Below the pieces are notes generated by a model, which worked only from the letters and a program-made list of their open reading frames with translations, was not told where the DNA came from and ran no database searches. 64,000 nucleotides of DNA from Eledone cirrhosa (taxonomy: Eukaryota), in contig OZ024745.1 of NCBI GenBank assembly GCA_964016885.1, forward strand, positions 26,164,001 through 26,228,000, written 5' to 3'. Shown in pieces: positions 16,421 to 34,500 of this stretch (position 1 is its first letter; every line of letters begins with the position of its first letter). A program made the position numbers and the translations under genes.

Positions 16421-16862
16421 ATTGATAGATAAATAGATACACCTATACATCCACACATAGCTATATACATATAAGTAAGTGTATTTTGTATATCTAATGA
16501 AATACGGTAAGTTTACGAACAAATATTTGAAGGCCTTTAGCTATGAATTTTTGAAGCTGATGGCAAAGTCGGTCAACGGGGGAATAAGCCTCGATATATA
16601 TTCAACATCTTGTTTTTCTATCTATGTTTTACAGTTCGTTGACCATCCAGTCGATGGTTCCAGTACCATATCTTATTATAGACCCAGCTAAGGAGCTCTT
16701 TCTCGTTATCGTGTTTCCAACATTAAGCTCTGATCCTAGGTTGTCCTTGACTCTCCTGAAATATTCCTATGTGATTTTTCTTTTCATCTATTTGCTAAGT
16801 ACCTTATAACTCTGGAGTATCCGAGGTAATTGTAGCCCAATCCGTCTTCCAAAGACCTATTA

Positions 16863-17294
16863 GGTCGGTGGATTGGCAGTATCGGTAGACACCATGCCTA
16901 ATATCATAGAGGTTGCGGCCCTTTATGGTCTGAGATCAAATCCCGCCGAGGTTAGCTTTGCCTTTCATCCTTACGGGGTACATAATATAAAGCACCAGTA
17001 ATGCACTAGGTTCGATTTAATCGACTTTCCCCTCCACTTCAAATTGCTGGCCTTGCACCAACTGTAGAAATCATTATTGGTGGATTGGCAGTATCGGTAG
17101 AGGGTCGGACGCCATGCTTTGCAGCACAGTTACGTCCCTTTACGGACTGAGTTCAAATCCCGCCGAGGTTAACTTTGCCTTTCATCCTTACGGGGTCGAT
17201 AAAATAAAGTAATAGTCACGCACTGGGGTCGATTTAATCGACTTTCCCCTCCCTCAAAATTGCTGGTCTTGTGCCTATATAAGAAACCATTATT
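16863..17294 (+). mobile_element. Two head-to-tail SINE S1 copies
   Basis: Heads GGTGGATTGGCAGTATCGGTAGA at about 16867 and 17078. Confidence 0.9.
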
Positions 17295-17726
17295 AATTTA
17301 CATATTAATTTAAAGAAGATATCTCTACATACTATAATTTGTCACAAACAATTATATATATATATATATGTAAAACTATATAGTTTTATTCGAAAAGATA
17401 GAATAGAATTGCATTAAAGCGAACATAATTTTTTAAAATTCAATAAAATGTTCAACACATTTACACTGATAGCCCTTTCCCCTTGACTGTAGGCAAAACA
17501 ACATTCTGTTAAATTCAGATCCCAAGGGAATATTAACACACATTTTTATCAGTCAGTATAACATATAAAAATAAGTAAATTTTAGTGCAATCTATAACTC
17601 TCATCTGCAGTCGTATGTTTCTTACTGCGGAAAATCATGAGATTTGCATTAAACCGAGTAAAATAAGTAGAATATAAGCATCTGTGAATGTCTATGCAGA
17701 GAGAAAAATATTTAAATCTACTAACT

Positions 17727-17759
<33 letters not shown>

Positions 17760-17827
17760 CACACAGACAAACACACACACATAAATACACACGCACATAC
17801 AACCACATGCACATACAAACACACACA

Positions 17828-17873
<46 letters not shown>

Positions 17874-18802
17874 TTCACACAAATACATACACAGACACAC
17901 TCTCTCTCTCTCACACACACACATATATATATATATAATTGTGTGTGTGTGTATATTATTCCTCAATGATATCTCTAGCAGTGTATACAATCGATGATTG
18001 TAGAGAGCATATAATGTTTAACTAATTCGTTTGTTCTATACCCAACCTCACCCGGACTATATACGGTAAAGGAACATGTAGAAAACGCCGTACGACAAAA
18101 AAATCATATTTGATTGAAATGTTGGAGAAATCGAAACTAGAGTTTATATCTATTTGAACTGAGCAAACGAAAACAATGGACCCATGATAATATCACATAA
18201 AAAAATTATGGAGTATATTCTACAAGTTATCGAACGAGATATGTAGATGCTCCGCTCATTATACACCTCCTCAGATGCTGTTGAATTAAGAACAATTATT
18301 CGTTCAGTGACATAACATATTTGTTTACATCACGGGTCAGAGCATAGGAATGAATCATTAATCTGAACAGATAAAGCTACACACTAACATATAAAACTCT
18401 TCAAATCAAATATAGTTACGATCGAACGCACACCACGATCTTCATATCCTTACAGTTTTGTACACATGCATGCCAACACACATTTCAGCCTCATTTGATG
18501 ATTATCTATCACAAAATCTAACCTCATTTGAATTTGTTACTTTTCAATGTGACTAAGTAGAACCAAAGTGTACTTTCTCTCCTATTTACCTTTCCTATCG
18601 TTTTCTTTTCATACTCTCGTCTATCTTCTTTTTTTTTATTTTTCACTCTCCCTGACCTGATTTTTTCTCTTTCTTATTCTATATTCCGATGAAGGACTAG
18701 TGTCCTAAATGTTAAGTAACCTTATACACAAACACTTTCACACACAGAGACACACACATACATATACAAATATATACATATATTTATACACACATACACT
18801 CA

Positions 18803-18959
<157 letters not shown>

Positions 18960-19630
18960 CATACTAAAAAAATGACAAAGCTTGTATTTTCTAGAGTACA
19001 CGCCAAATTACGTGGCAGGTCACAACATCATAAGATTCTCTCACTTTGTTGAATATCCTCACAAGATGTTCAAAGATTTTAATTATTGATCACAGAAAAC
19101 TATTATATATCTAATTTAATCATACAACTTTAGATAGAACTGTGTTCTGTTAACTCTTATCGTCCTGTACTACGTGAAATCTCATTAGTAATACATTATT
19201 GGATAGTACAAATTATAACCGTAACCATTAATGCCAAAGATACTAATACCACCCTTGCTCAAACAAATAATCACAAATCATGCTACCTCAGTGATGATAA
19301 GAGCAAGAACAACAACTATAACAATAACAACAACGATGCTGACACCAAATGCCAAAAAAAATAAATTATTAACATAGGCAATGAGATTAAAAGTGAAAGG
19401 AATCGTTCAAAATTATTAGAAAAATAAATCATAAAAATATAATGGAAAAAGGCATGAAGAAGCTAAGAAAATAAAAGGGCATGAGGTTATAAAAGTAAAA
19501 GAATGAACGGTCGACTGAGAAGTCATGAGGGATTTAGGGATATGGTGAATTGATGGCTTGTTAGATAGGGAAGAGGTTAGGAGGAGAAGGGGGAAAAGGG
19601 GAGGAAGAGGGCCTAACAAGGAATAAGTGA

Positions 19631-19670
19631 GAAGAAGAAGAAGAAGAAGAAGAAGAAGAAGAAGAAGAAG

Positions 19671-19700
<30 letters not shown>
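19631..19700. repeat. (GAA)n microsatellite
   Basis: Directly visible. Confidence 0.97.
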
Positions 19701-19701
<1 letters not shown>

Positions 19702-21485
19702 TTAGAGAAAATAGACTCGATTGATAGAGGGATCTAGTCTGTTATCAGATGATCGTTTGTGTCGTGGAAGGTTTGAGGGTAAGTGAAGATGACTGAAGGC
19801 TGCGAGGTGAATACCATTAAAAAGTTCGGGTTCAGCCGTGAATTAGGTTGCGGATGAGGATGAGGGTACGCATGCATTTCTGAGTATGTTTGTCGGGTGG
19901 AGGATGTTGATGACGAAAATTATTATTCCATTTGTCCGTCAACACCTCCTCTAATCGCCTCTTCTTTATGCGACAAAGATCATGATGATGGCAACAACCA
20001 CCAGTTAAACTATTACCCGATCACATCACTATCACAAGCCAACTAAGGATCATCCTTGTGGCTGTTTAAACTGTTAGAAATAGCTGCCAAATTACACCGA
20101 AATCACACTCTGCTCTCTTAAGTATAACAAAAGGTTACATTAGACAATCTAGTCAGTGTTATACAAATAAAAACTGGATGGTTAGATTGATAAGAGTCGA
20201 TCTGGAGTAAGCAGTACCAGCAACAATATTAACAAAAAAAAACAAAACAGCAACATGTCTACAACTGCTAGCATCAAGGCAATCGCAAAGCTTCAACTTT
20301 AGTACACACAAAGACACACACACTCAATGCATGCCCGAGGTATGTGCGTTAGACGATGGTGATGACGTCAAAGATGGTGGAAGATATGTTACTAACTGCA
20401 CTAGTAAGGTAAGTTTGTATTGGTTATGTCTGGGGAAATGATCGGACTTGGAGCAATGTTATGCCAGTATTCATGTACTAGAGTGTGATGTTTCAGTGAT
20501 TGCGCCACTCAATCCAACGAATTAATATATCAAGCAACCGCTACACACACAAACTTCATTGAAAGAAATTATACGTATCTATCTCTGAACAATTTCATGA
20601 GTTATGTCTTCTCATATCGCCACACATTCAGATCAATTAACAGCTAAATTACACGTTTTTCTTATAATTAACCTGGAAATTCAGAGATTGACTGGCTTAC
20701 CTCCACACCCATCAATAACGTAGAACACCGTTATTGTAAACAATCTCTAATTAATGGGACACGGAAATGCTGACTTTGTCTAAATGACAAATTCCAATCC
20801 TTAAGGCAACCTATGACATCCCTAACCCTTTTGGTGTCGCGCCCCCTATAATAGTACTTATTGTACTAAATTCCTCCAAATACTTGATTATTAAAAACCT
20901 TAGGAAATGTCTTTCATTTGAAACAAGGTAATGAATGGGTTAACCAAAGATAAGAAATATCGTCCATTTGTTGCCATCTGTGAATATTCTTCTTGGAAAA
21001 CTGTCCAAACCTTCGAATGTTTCAAGAGATATTCGATAAAATTGGGTTTTTATAAATCGTCTTTAGCTAGTCGCAAAAAGCCTTGTGGACTACTTAATTA
21101 CCTTTGAAAACGATAGTCCCGATTATTCCCCTCGATTAACAACATAGAGCTATCCCTACAAAAAATAAATCAACTGGAATTGAAGATGTCCCTATAGAGG
21201 GAAATAAAATTCCTTTGCCCCTATCTCAATCTCTTGCTCTTTCTTAACTACTTAATTCATTATAGATGCCATGCATGACAATAATAGACCTAATACACTT
21301 CGTTGGTGTCAACGAGATTTCCTGTAACACAAATCACAGCCTCAAATTTCTTTCATGCTCTTTACATGGCGACACGGTGTTTGTTAGGGTAGACAAGCAT
21401 ACGTACATATGTACCTACATATATACATACATATGTACATACATATGTACATACATACATATGTACGTACATAGATACATACATA

Positions 21486-23037
21486 TGTGATGGCTTCTCC
21501 CTCGTTATCGAGTATGGCCATTGCACGATATACCATTATTAATAATTATTAATTAATCTTAAATGCCTGTGCGTGAAGATATTTTTTAAAGAGAGAAAAG
21601 ACTGTGCACTGAGCCAATCCCACTCTCTGAGCGACAGAAGCTATAACCCGAAAAGAAGAAAAGATCAACATCATCAGTAACTACTGTGCCACAGGTTTTA
21701 TGTCGGAGATATCCCAGTTTCCTGAGTTGCATTCTCTTAGAAGAATGCCCTGACAAGGGCTAGGGGTCCTTCACTCCCAGTGGTCTAACCGTACAATTGG
21801 GTGTCCAGCCCGACTATTTCTAATATACATACATACATACATACATGGTGGCTGCCAACTCGTTTTCGAGTACGGCCACTACTTTATATCCATGTAGGAG
21901 AACTCCTACCGATGCGCTGAACGAGTGTGACTTTTTAGTCCAGCCAGTGACTTGAAAACTCTGGTACTAACACTACACTTGTGACAATTATTGACACATA
22001 GTGCTGGGCCCATGGTACCATGTGACGACAAGTGCAGAGAGATCTCCAGATATAAAGCAATGCCTGTGCCGTGAAGCTTTTATAGTGAGCAAAGGCACTG
22101 AACAAAGCCAGTCCCACTCTCTTAACCAAGATGATATTTACCAAAAAGAAGAACAAGTCAACATCATTGGATACCATCAGGTTTGCAGGTGTTATATCAG
22201 AGTTTTCCTTCTCCTAGAATTCTGCCTTGACAAAGGTTAAGGGGTCATCTCTCCCGGAATACATACATACATACATACATACATACATACATACATACAT
22301 ACATACATACATACAAACATGCATACATACATACATGCATACATACATACACACAAGCATGCATGCATGCATACATGCATGCATACATATATACAAACAT
22401 GCATGCATACATACATACATGCATGCATAGATGGTGGCTGCCAACTCGTTTTCGAGTACGGCCACTACTTTATATCCATGTAAGAGAACTCCCACCGATA
22501 CGCTGAACGAGTGTGACTTTTTAGTCCAGCCAGCGACTTGAAAACTCTGGTACAAACACTACACTTGTGACAATTATTGACACAGTGCTGGGCTCATGTT
22601 ACCATATGACGACAAGTGTAGAGAGATCTCCAGATATAAAGCAATGCCTGTGCCGTGAAGCTTTTATAGTGAGCAAAGGCACTGCACAAAGCCAGTCCCA
22701 CTCTCTTAACCAAGATGATATTTACCAAAAAGAAGAACAAGTCAACATCATTGGATACCATCAGGGTTGCAGGTGTTATATCAGAGTTTTCCTTCTCCTA
22801 GAATTCTGCCTTGACAAAAGCTAAGGGGTCATCTCTCCTGGTGATTTTGGATGGCCATTGACTCTTAAGAGCTCCTTTGCCCTTTGACAGGTTTTGTTTT
22901 TAGTCCTGCAGGATGTCCAAAGTCACCCTCCTCACCAAGAAACCTTGGTGGGGTTGCCAGTTTAGTCGCCAACGACCCGACCATAAGACAGGTTGTACTG
23001 GGATACATGTTACCAGTAGCATCAACTGGTGACCTGA
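21486..23037 (-). mobile_element. Tandem cluster of family R copies separated by (TACA)n
   Basis: Diverged copy at 21486-21785, 5'-truncated copy at 21845-22258 and longest copy at 22431-23037. Confidence 0.8.
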
Positions 23038-23065
23038 CACATACATACATACATACATACATACA

Positions 23066-23096
<31 letters not shown>

Positions 23097-23437
23097 GTAC
23101 GTACATAGATACATACATATATACATGAAGACATACGTATATACATACATACATATACACCCTCCCCACATATGTGTGTGTTTTTATGTGTGTATGTGAG
23201 TGTGTGAGTGTGTGTCTGTGTGTCTGTGTGAGTCTGTGTTTATGTCAGTGGGAGTGTATGTGTGTGATGGTGAAGGAGAACGATGGGAAGGGAACAACAT
23301 GCTGGTTAGTGTGCTTTAGATAACTATAATTAGGAGTGCATATGTAATAAAAATGAAGCTAGTTGGATATGTCAATTTAATATCCAGGGAGCATAAGTCT
23401 GTAAAAGACATACATACACACATATTCATACATAGGT

Positions 23438-23535
<98 letters not shown>

Positions 23536-23564
23536 ACATACACACATACATACGCACACACATT

Positions 23565-23615
<51 letters not shown>

Positions 23616-23689
23616 ACATACACACGCACACACACACACACATTCACACATACGCATACACAGACACACACACACACACACACACACAG

Positions 23690-23721
<32 letters not shown>

Positions 23722-23738
23722 ACGCACACACACACACA

Positions 23739-23833
<95 letters not shown>

Positions 23834-24024
23834 ATAGTGAGAAAGAAAGAGAGAGAGATGTATATATGTATGCATGTATATATTTGTGAGTATATATATA
23901 TATACACACACGCACACATATAGAGATTCCAGAGTGGTGTCGGGGGTGGGACACATTTATAAAAGTTACTCACTACATAGTTAAAGTATAAGTATCTTAA
24001 TTGTATATATAGAAATGGCTTCTA

Positions 24025-24095
24025 CAGGACTAGACCTGTTTCATTCCTATAAAATCATCAGAAATGTCCTGATGATTTCATACGAATGAAACACA
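24025..24095. other. Short inverted repeat with a hammerhead-like core in each arm
   Basis: TGTTTCATTCCTATAAAATCATCAG / CTGATGATTTCATACGAATGAAACA. Each arm reads CTGATGA-12 nt-GAAAC. Confidence 0.45.
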
Positions 24096-24115
24096 TACAG
24101 AAGACACACACACAT

Positions 24116-24492
<377 letters not shown>

Positions 24493-24869
24493 ATATGTAC
24501 ATTTCTACACATATACACACATAGATACATGCTTACATACGTCCACATATATACATACATACATTCATACATACATATATACATAGTTGAGAAATTGAGA
24601 TGAAATTATAAAAAGGCGCCCTAAGCTTTTCTTCTACCTCTATAGTTGAGAGTAACAGGTTGCATCTATTTTACGTCTTACCCTCCTGGCCAATGAACAC
24701 ACATGTTCTTCAGACATTTATCATCTGGGCCAAATTATTGAAATTTATAATGTTATGCTAATTCAACACAATATTATTCCACTTGAACTCTTCCCATTTC
24801 ATGGTCGTCAGCTTTTGTTACCGTTCACACTTACAAACGGATATCATTCGCGATTACATATACATATGT

Positions 24870-24901
<32 letters not shown>

Positions 24902-24902
24902 A

Positions 24903-24975
<73 letters not shown>

Positions 24976-25021
24976 GTATATATGTTTATATATATATATA
25001 TATAGTGGTAGAACACTGGAA

Positions 25022-25052
<31 letters not shown>

Positions 25053-25074
25053 TTATTAAAATATATATATATAT

Positions 25075-28709
<3,635 letters not shown>

Positions 28710-31090
28710 TGTATTAAAAAGATCAGAGGCCATAATCAGTTGATTTAGGCTTATTTAAATCTCCATGATACATATTTCGCAGAGGACTACCAATTTTGAT
28801 ATCTTGAGCAGTAAAAATCTTGAAAAAAAAAAAACTTGAAAATATTGAAAACTTCTTTAAAAGTTTTTTTTTTAAATACTTCCTAGAAAAAATTTCCGTT
28901 TCCTGATACAGGGAACAACCGAATGTGTTGATGTTGTTTTATCGCCGGCCGGCCCGTGTATGACCCCAAGATCTATGGTGAAGTGCTGGTCAATCCTAGC
29001 CCCAGGTCACTATCGCCGTATGATGAAAGTAGCAAGTCATCATTATAGTAACGAATACTGCAAGTATCCGCCCCCCCCCCCCTTCTCCCTGCCAGGCAGT
29101 GGGTTGTTATAGTATTAATGGCAGCCATCTCCTCCAAACCCAATTCTCCCCAGGACTGCAAAAACTGTGAATAAGCGGTTGGAATATTATAACCGATAAC
29201 AAGAAGTAAATATACAATAAATAAATTAAAAAGAAATAATTATATCAAGAATAGATACCGGTATATATTAATTATAAACTAGCGTATATAACGTAGTTGT
29301 TATATAGTTATGGTTTAACTGGGTTAAAATTGCTGAAAGTATGAGAGTTAATTCCACGTTTAACCAAGCTCAACGGATTACATCCAGATGTCCGATCCTT
29401 GCCCTCCAGGAGACTCATGCACTCGATGAGCGGGACGCCAGAGTGAAAACTTACGATATATAGGGAACGTCCTGGAGGGTGGTTGTGCAGTAGGAATGTT
29501 TCCTGTAGCTTGCATTATACATCCGTGAAACTGATCGAGGTCTCCGGGCCAACATGTCTAACAGATAACAAGTTATTAGGTGGCTCTGTAAACAATTAGA
29601 TAGTGTAGGCTGACTTAAGGTAACTTATAGTGAATATACGAGTGAGACACATGAAGATGAATTAAAGATAAATTAAATTACAGTACATTAGGATATGTTC
29701 ATAGACGTAGAGTGTAATAAGAGAAATAACAAGGTATAAAATGTAACAATGTACGAGATAAGAAGATTCGGACTAAAAAAAGTGGAAAATAACAATGAAA
29801 AGTATATATAATAAAGGCAATGAAATAGGTGCAGGGAAATATTATAACAGTCTGGGATCCGGATAAGGGTACCCAGACATAGGTACAAATGTGTCTAAAT
29901 ATATAGAATAATTGGGAAAATAGGGAAAAATATAGAAAATAAGGTTAAGATAGGGATTGGGGGTAGAGTTCGGAGTGTTTGTAGAGAGACTTCATTCTGG
30001 GTGTTACTTTCATTAATGAAATTTGTTTTCTGCTGAGTACATTAAATAAGTTAGCCCCTAATTAACTGTATGTTCTTCACCTCTGGGAAATTTTCGCCTA
30101 AATATTATTTGAACACCGACGTAGCAAAATGAGGATTGTTCCGGAGTGAATGCGTGATTAACAAACCTTGGTGTGTGAAGGTTTGTTTATGCGACGGACG
30201 AAAAATGTTTCATGAATGAGGACGTGAATGTAAAACAGTGTGAAGTTTACAGTGTAGTCAGAATTAAGTCTCGTTCGGAAAGTGTTGTTTCCCTCAAGTC
30301 TGTTCCGATGTAATAAATATGTTTTTTATACTTTAGACTGGTTCTTCCTTTTTTTATGACGGCATATTGTGCGTAATTTGGTTGGTATTTTTAGCAAATT
30401 GAGTGATGACGTAGAAGTCGTAGAACTCGTTAGGTCGTACGCAAATACTAGTTCTCATGGAGAGAAAATTCGACAAATAAAGGGTAAAAAGAAATTCGGG
30501 GTTGAAGCAGTTATTTGCTTGAAAAAGAAAACCCAAAAAGGAAAGTCATGGGCAACTTATATCTTTTTACAGAGCAATACTGACGTTTGAAAAATGAAAT
30601 CGAAACCATTTTGCGGTCTCAGCTCACCAATGGCTTATTTTTTATGTATGTGATAATAAAAAAATATATAAGATGTCGTCATGGGTATAGAGATACATAG
30701 GTATAACGTAACAATTATTCTCTATGGTTAGCCTACAATTGTTGTTGGCGCTACTGTTATTTATCATTAGTGGGTGTGACAGATGTCAGTAACTAAAAGT
30801 GCATTTTTTAACGGCAATGTTAAATCACAAGGGTTGCCGTTCAGCATACTTCATAGGACTTAGAATGTTTATATCCAAATACTAGGGCGGAGTACATACG
30901 AAAACCTTTGACACTTAGGTCCAAATTATGAAGTCGTAAATATTTTAAATGTTTGGGCTTGTATCATTCCTTTTAGGTTCATTAGCTTGCATTGGGGAGC
31001 TCAAATCCTACATTATGTTAGGTTGAAGAGAAACAAGTTCAGAGAATATGAGTTTACTTCGACAAAATAGATGAAAATAAGGTTTACACT

Positions 31091-31224
31091 GGTTTCACAA
31101 TTATATGAAACATATAATTTGCCACGTAAGATTAGGATATATATATATATATATATCCTAATCTTATTAGCATCAATATATATTGGGTTACGTGGCAAAT
31201 TATGTTTCATATAATTGTGAAACC
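31091..31224. repeat. Nested inverted repeat around a (TA)n centre
   Basis: 31091-31129 pairs with 31188-31224. An inner AAGATTAGGAT(AT)nCCTAATCTT hairpin lies between them. Confidence 0.85.
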
Positions 31225-31230
31225 ATATAT

Positions 31231-32116
31231 ATGATAATAATGGAGCTGCGGCACTGCAAATGGGTTACATATGAAAAAGTTTGTCCTCATCAGTGGCCTT
31301 CCAACCGTCGTAGGCATTTCGTCGCATTAAAGGCCATATACCTCAGGTTGGTGCGAGCAACGGCTAAAAAAAGTCGTTGGGACACGTAAATAAGGGGGAC
31401 GCTAGGGTAAACAAACAAAATGGTTTAAGCAACAGAAAGTGATGAAGAAGAAAGAAACAAGTCCCAGATTTCTATGAATATAAATTCGGTGGAATCGTGA
31501 ACGAAAGAATAAAGACCATCAAACCTGGTTGAAATGTGAGCAAGGAAGGAATTCGCACAGGTCTAACGGGAGGAAGAAGGGGTCTGGTCTGCGAATTCGG
31601 TAAACATAAGTTATGTGAAGTCGCAGACGAGAGAGAGAGAGAAAAAATTCATACCGGCTTGGCCAAGTGGCCGCGAGAAAAGGATTACGGACAGGTCAAA
31701 CGGGAAGAAAGGGGAGGAGGAGAGGTAGTGACAGAGAGTGAGTGAGTGAAAGGTGAGGAAGAGGCTAACAGAGAGAGAGAGAGAGACTGCTAGCAAGGGT
31801 AAAGACACAAAGAACGAAACAGACTGGTGGCAGCGGAGGAAAAAATATATGTGTAAATATGATAATAATGGAGCTGCGGCGCTGCAAATGGGTTACATAT
31901 GAAAAAGTTTGTCCTCATCAGTGGCCTTCCAACCGTCGTAGGCATTTCGTCGCATTAAAGGCCATATACCTCAGGTTGGTGCGAGCAACGGCTAAAAAAA
32001 GTCGTTGGGACACGTAAATAAGGGGGACGCTAGGGTAAACAAACAAAATGGTTTAAGCAACAGAAAGTGATGAAGAAGAAAGAAACAAGTCCCAGATTTC
32101 TATGAATATAAATTCG
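31231..32116. mobile_element. Non-coding element with 258-bp near-identical direct terminal repeats (pLTR-, retrozyme- or TRIM-like)
   Basis: 31231-31488 is repeated at 31859-32116. Purine-rich spacer of about 370 bp. TA-rich flanks. Each repeat has CTGATGAGGAC on the minus strand. Confidence 0.75.
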
Positions 32117-32175
32117 TTGGATGGAATATATATATATATATATATATATTGTTACACTTTAGGAGGGTCATGTTG

Positions 32176-32230
<55 letters not shown>

Positions 32231-32499
32231 TTTTGCTCCGACATAGCTGTATATATTTAAGTATGTGAATTTCGTACATCTAATGGGTATGTTTACGAAT
32301 AAACATTTGGAAAGAGTTCCAGCTATGAATATTGAAAAGCTGACAGCTAGCTTATGTATAACCCCCCCCCCCCCCCACACACACACACATACACACATAT
32401 ATATATAGGAGAAAGTATGACCCCGACGGCGGAGCTCAAGCCGTTTCGACGGCTATTTCTGGACTAAAGTCAATCTGGTTCCTTACCACAACTCCTTCG

Positions 32500-32549
<50 letters not shown>

Positions 32550-32551
<2 letters not shown>

Positions 32552-33382
32552 CTAATGGTAGCTAAGATGCTTCCATAGGCGGTATGCCGGTTAAGCACTC
32601 TATGCTCTTACGGAGCAGAGTATTATAGAATGGAAAACGAAAAGTCAGTGATGCATCGGAACTCAATTTATTGTGTGTTACAATTGTTTCCCCGGCAAAC
32701 AGCTCGAGGTGCGATCTGTGTGTGGATCTACCTGACTCTGGATTCGCAGGTTCCTCGGACACGTCTATTGATTTCAGAGCATATCCTGTTTCTGGGGTTT
32801 CTGACCCTACGGGTCTATATCGTCCACCTTCATCCGCTTTGCGCGTCCTTGAGTTGGTCACTGGTTAGTGACGTCATCATTATTCTGACCACTGATAGCA
32901 GCCCGCTGACCGTCAGGGCTTGAGCTGTCACTCACCCACTCGCACACGTACACACACACAGATACTGACAGATACATACAGAGTAGCTTGTGTGCTTACG
33001 TTCACACATGCACGCCCAGAAGCATACACACATATCCATGTGTACACACATACATAAATAGTCACACAAATATACGCATACATGCACAGAGAGAGGCACA
33101 CACACGCACGCACGTATATATACGCACGCATATACACAGACACACACACATACACACACACACGTATATATACATGCACACACACACACACGTACGCAAC
33201 CATACATATACGTACACATATACGCACAGATATTATTACACATTCATACACTTACATACACACATATGCACATCTGCACATATATATGCATACATACACA
33301 CATACACATACATATATATATATATACACACCCACCCACACTCCCACACACACGTATACACACATACGTCTACACACATATA

Positions 33383-33421
<39 letters not shown>

Positions 33422-33765
33422 TACATACCCTTATATATATTTTTTCCCCGACACGTGTGCATACACACACACAGATTCTTACACATATGTATATATGTAT
33501 ATACACACATCTACACACACATAAAAAAAAATATGCAAAAAATACATGTAAGAAAAGCATATAAAGATACAGATTGGGCTGTACATGCAAAAATGCCCCT
33601 TGGTGTACGTGCCGACAGAGTTGATATTATGCTGCCAACGTGGGTTAATCCACATATAGACACCTCATGCAAGGCTACATATGGATCGCACATCGAGGTG
33701 TTCGCCGAGGAAACAATTGTAACACAATAAATTGAGTTCTGATGCATTACTGATTTTTCGTTTTC

Positions 33766-33770
<5 letters not shown>
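32550..33770. mobile_element. Family D element with inverted ends about 1 kb apart and a microsatellite-rich interior
   Basis: 32627-32720 is inverted at 33683-33771. Tail at 32550-32626. Confidence 0.7.
32675..32762 (-). ncRNA. Hammerhead-like motif with long stem II (core U4 changed to C)
   Basis: GTGT-CCGAGGA-A-CCTGCGAAT...GTTTGCCGGG-GAAA-CAATTG-TA-ACAC. Stem I differs from the 13219 copy but still pairs. Confidence 0.6.
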
Positions 33771-33832
<62 letters not shown>

Positions 33833-33930
33833 GTGAGCTGTTGTATATATATATATATATTATATATATATATATAGTATATATATATAATATATATATA
33901 TATAGTATATATATATATATATATATATAG

Positions 33931-33963
<33 letters not shown>

Positions 33964-34162
33964 ATATACTATATATATATATATATTATATATATATAGT
34001 ATATATATATATATATATACTATATATATATATATATAATATATATATATATATACAACAGCTCACTATATATATATATATATATTGAGCTGTTGTCTTA
34101 ATAAATTTGAGCAAAATTTGAATTTTGTAATCGTGTGTTACTATATATATATATATATATAT

Positions 34163-34340
34163 AAGAAGAGTCAGGACCCCGACGGGTGAGCTCCGGCCGT
34201 TTCGACAGCTAGAGTCGAAACGGCCGGACTTCAGCCGTCGTGGTCCTGACTGTTCTCCCATTACCCACTCTACTACCCTAAGTATTGAGTACTCTGGTGC
34301 GTTATGGTCCACCTGGTTCTTTACCACACTTTCATTGTTA
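34163..34340. mobile_element. Family E mini fold-back element (diverged), tail on the right
   Basis: AGTCAGGACCCCGACGG...TTTCGAC / GTCGAAAC...CCGTCGTGGTCCTGACT. The tail is the inverse of 24272-24349. Confidence 0.75.
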
Positions 34341-34357
34341 TGTATATATATATATAT

Positions 34358-34500
34358 ATTTCGTTTCTGAATTTGTTTAGCAATATTCTTTAAGAAATAT
34401 CTTTTGAAAAAAATTTTATTTTTAATTTATAATAAATTGGAGTGAAAGCAACTGGTGCGTGTCTTATTGGCAACATGACCCTCCCAAAGTATAACAATAT
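34358..34500. mobile_element. Family A minimal copy: tail joined to an inverted pLTR end
   Basis: Begins TTTCGTTTCTGAATTTGTTTAGCAA and ends GACCCTCCCAAAGTATAACAATAT, the same termini as 1219-2366. Confidence 0.8.

Noticed and set aside
29360-29460. ILALQETH motif resembling a LINE APE endonuclease
   Set aside because: It is a single short frameshifted motif with no supporting neighbours, too weak to annotate.
30200-30330. YIG triplet on the minus strand as a GIY-YIG relic
   Set aside because: No other motif residues are in frame.
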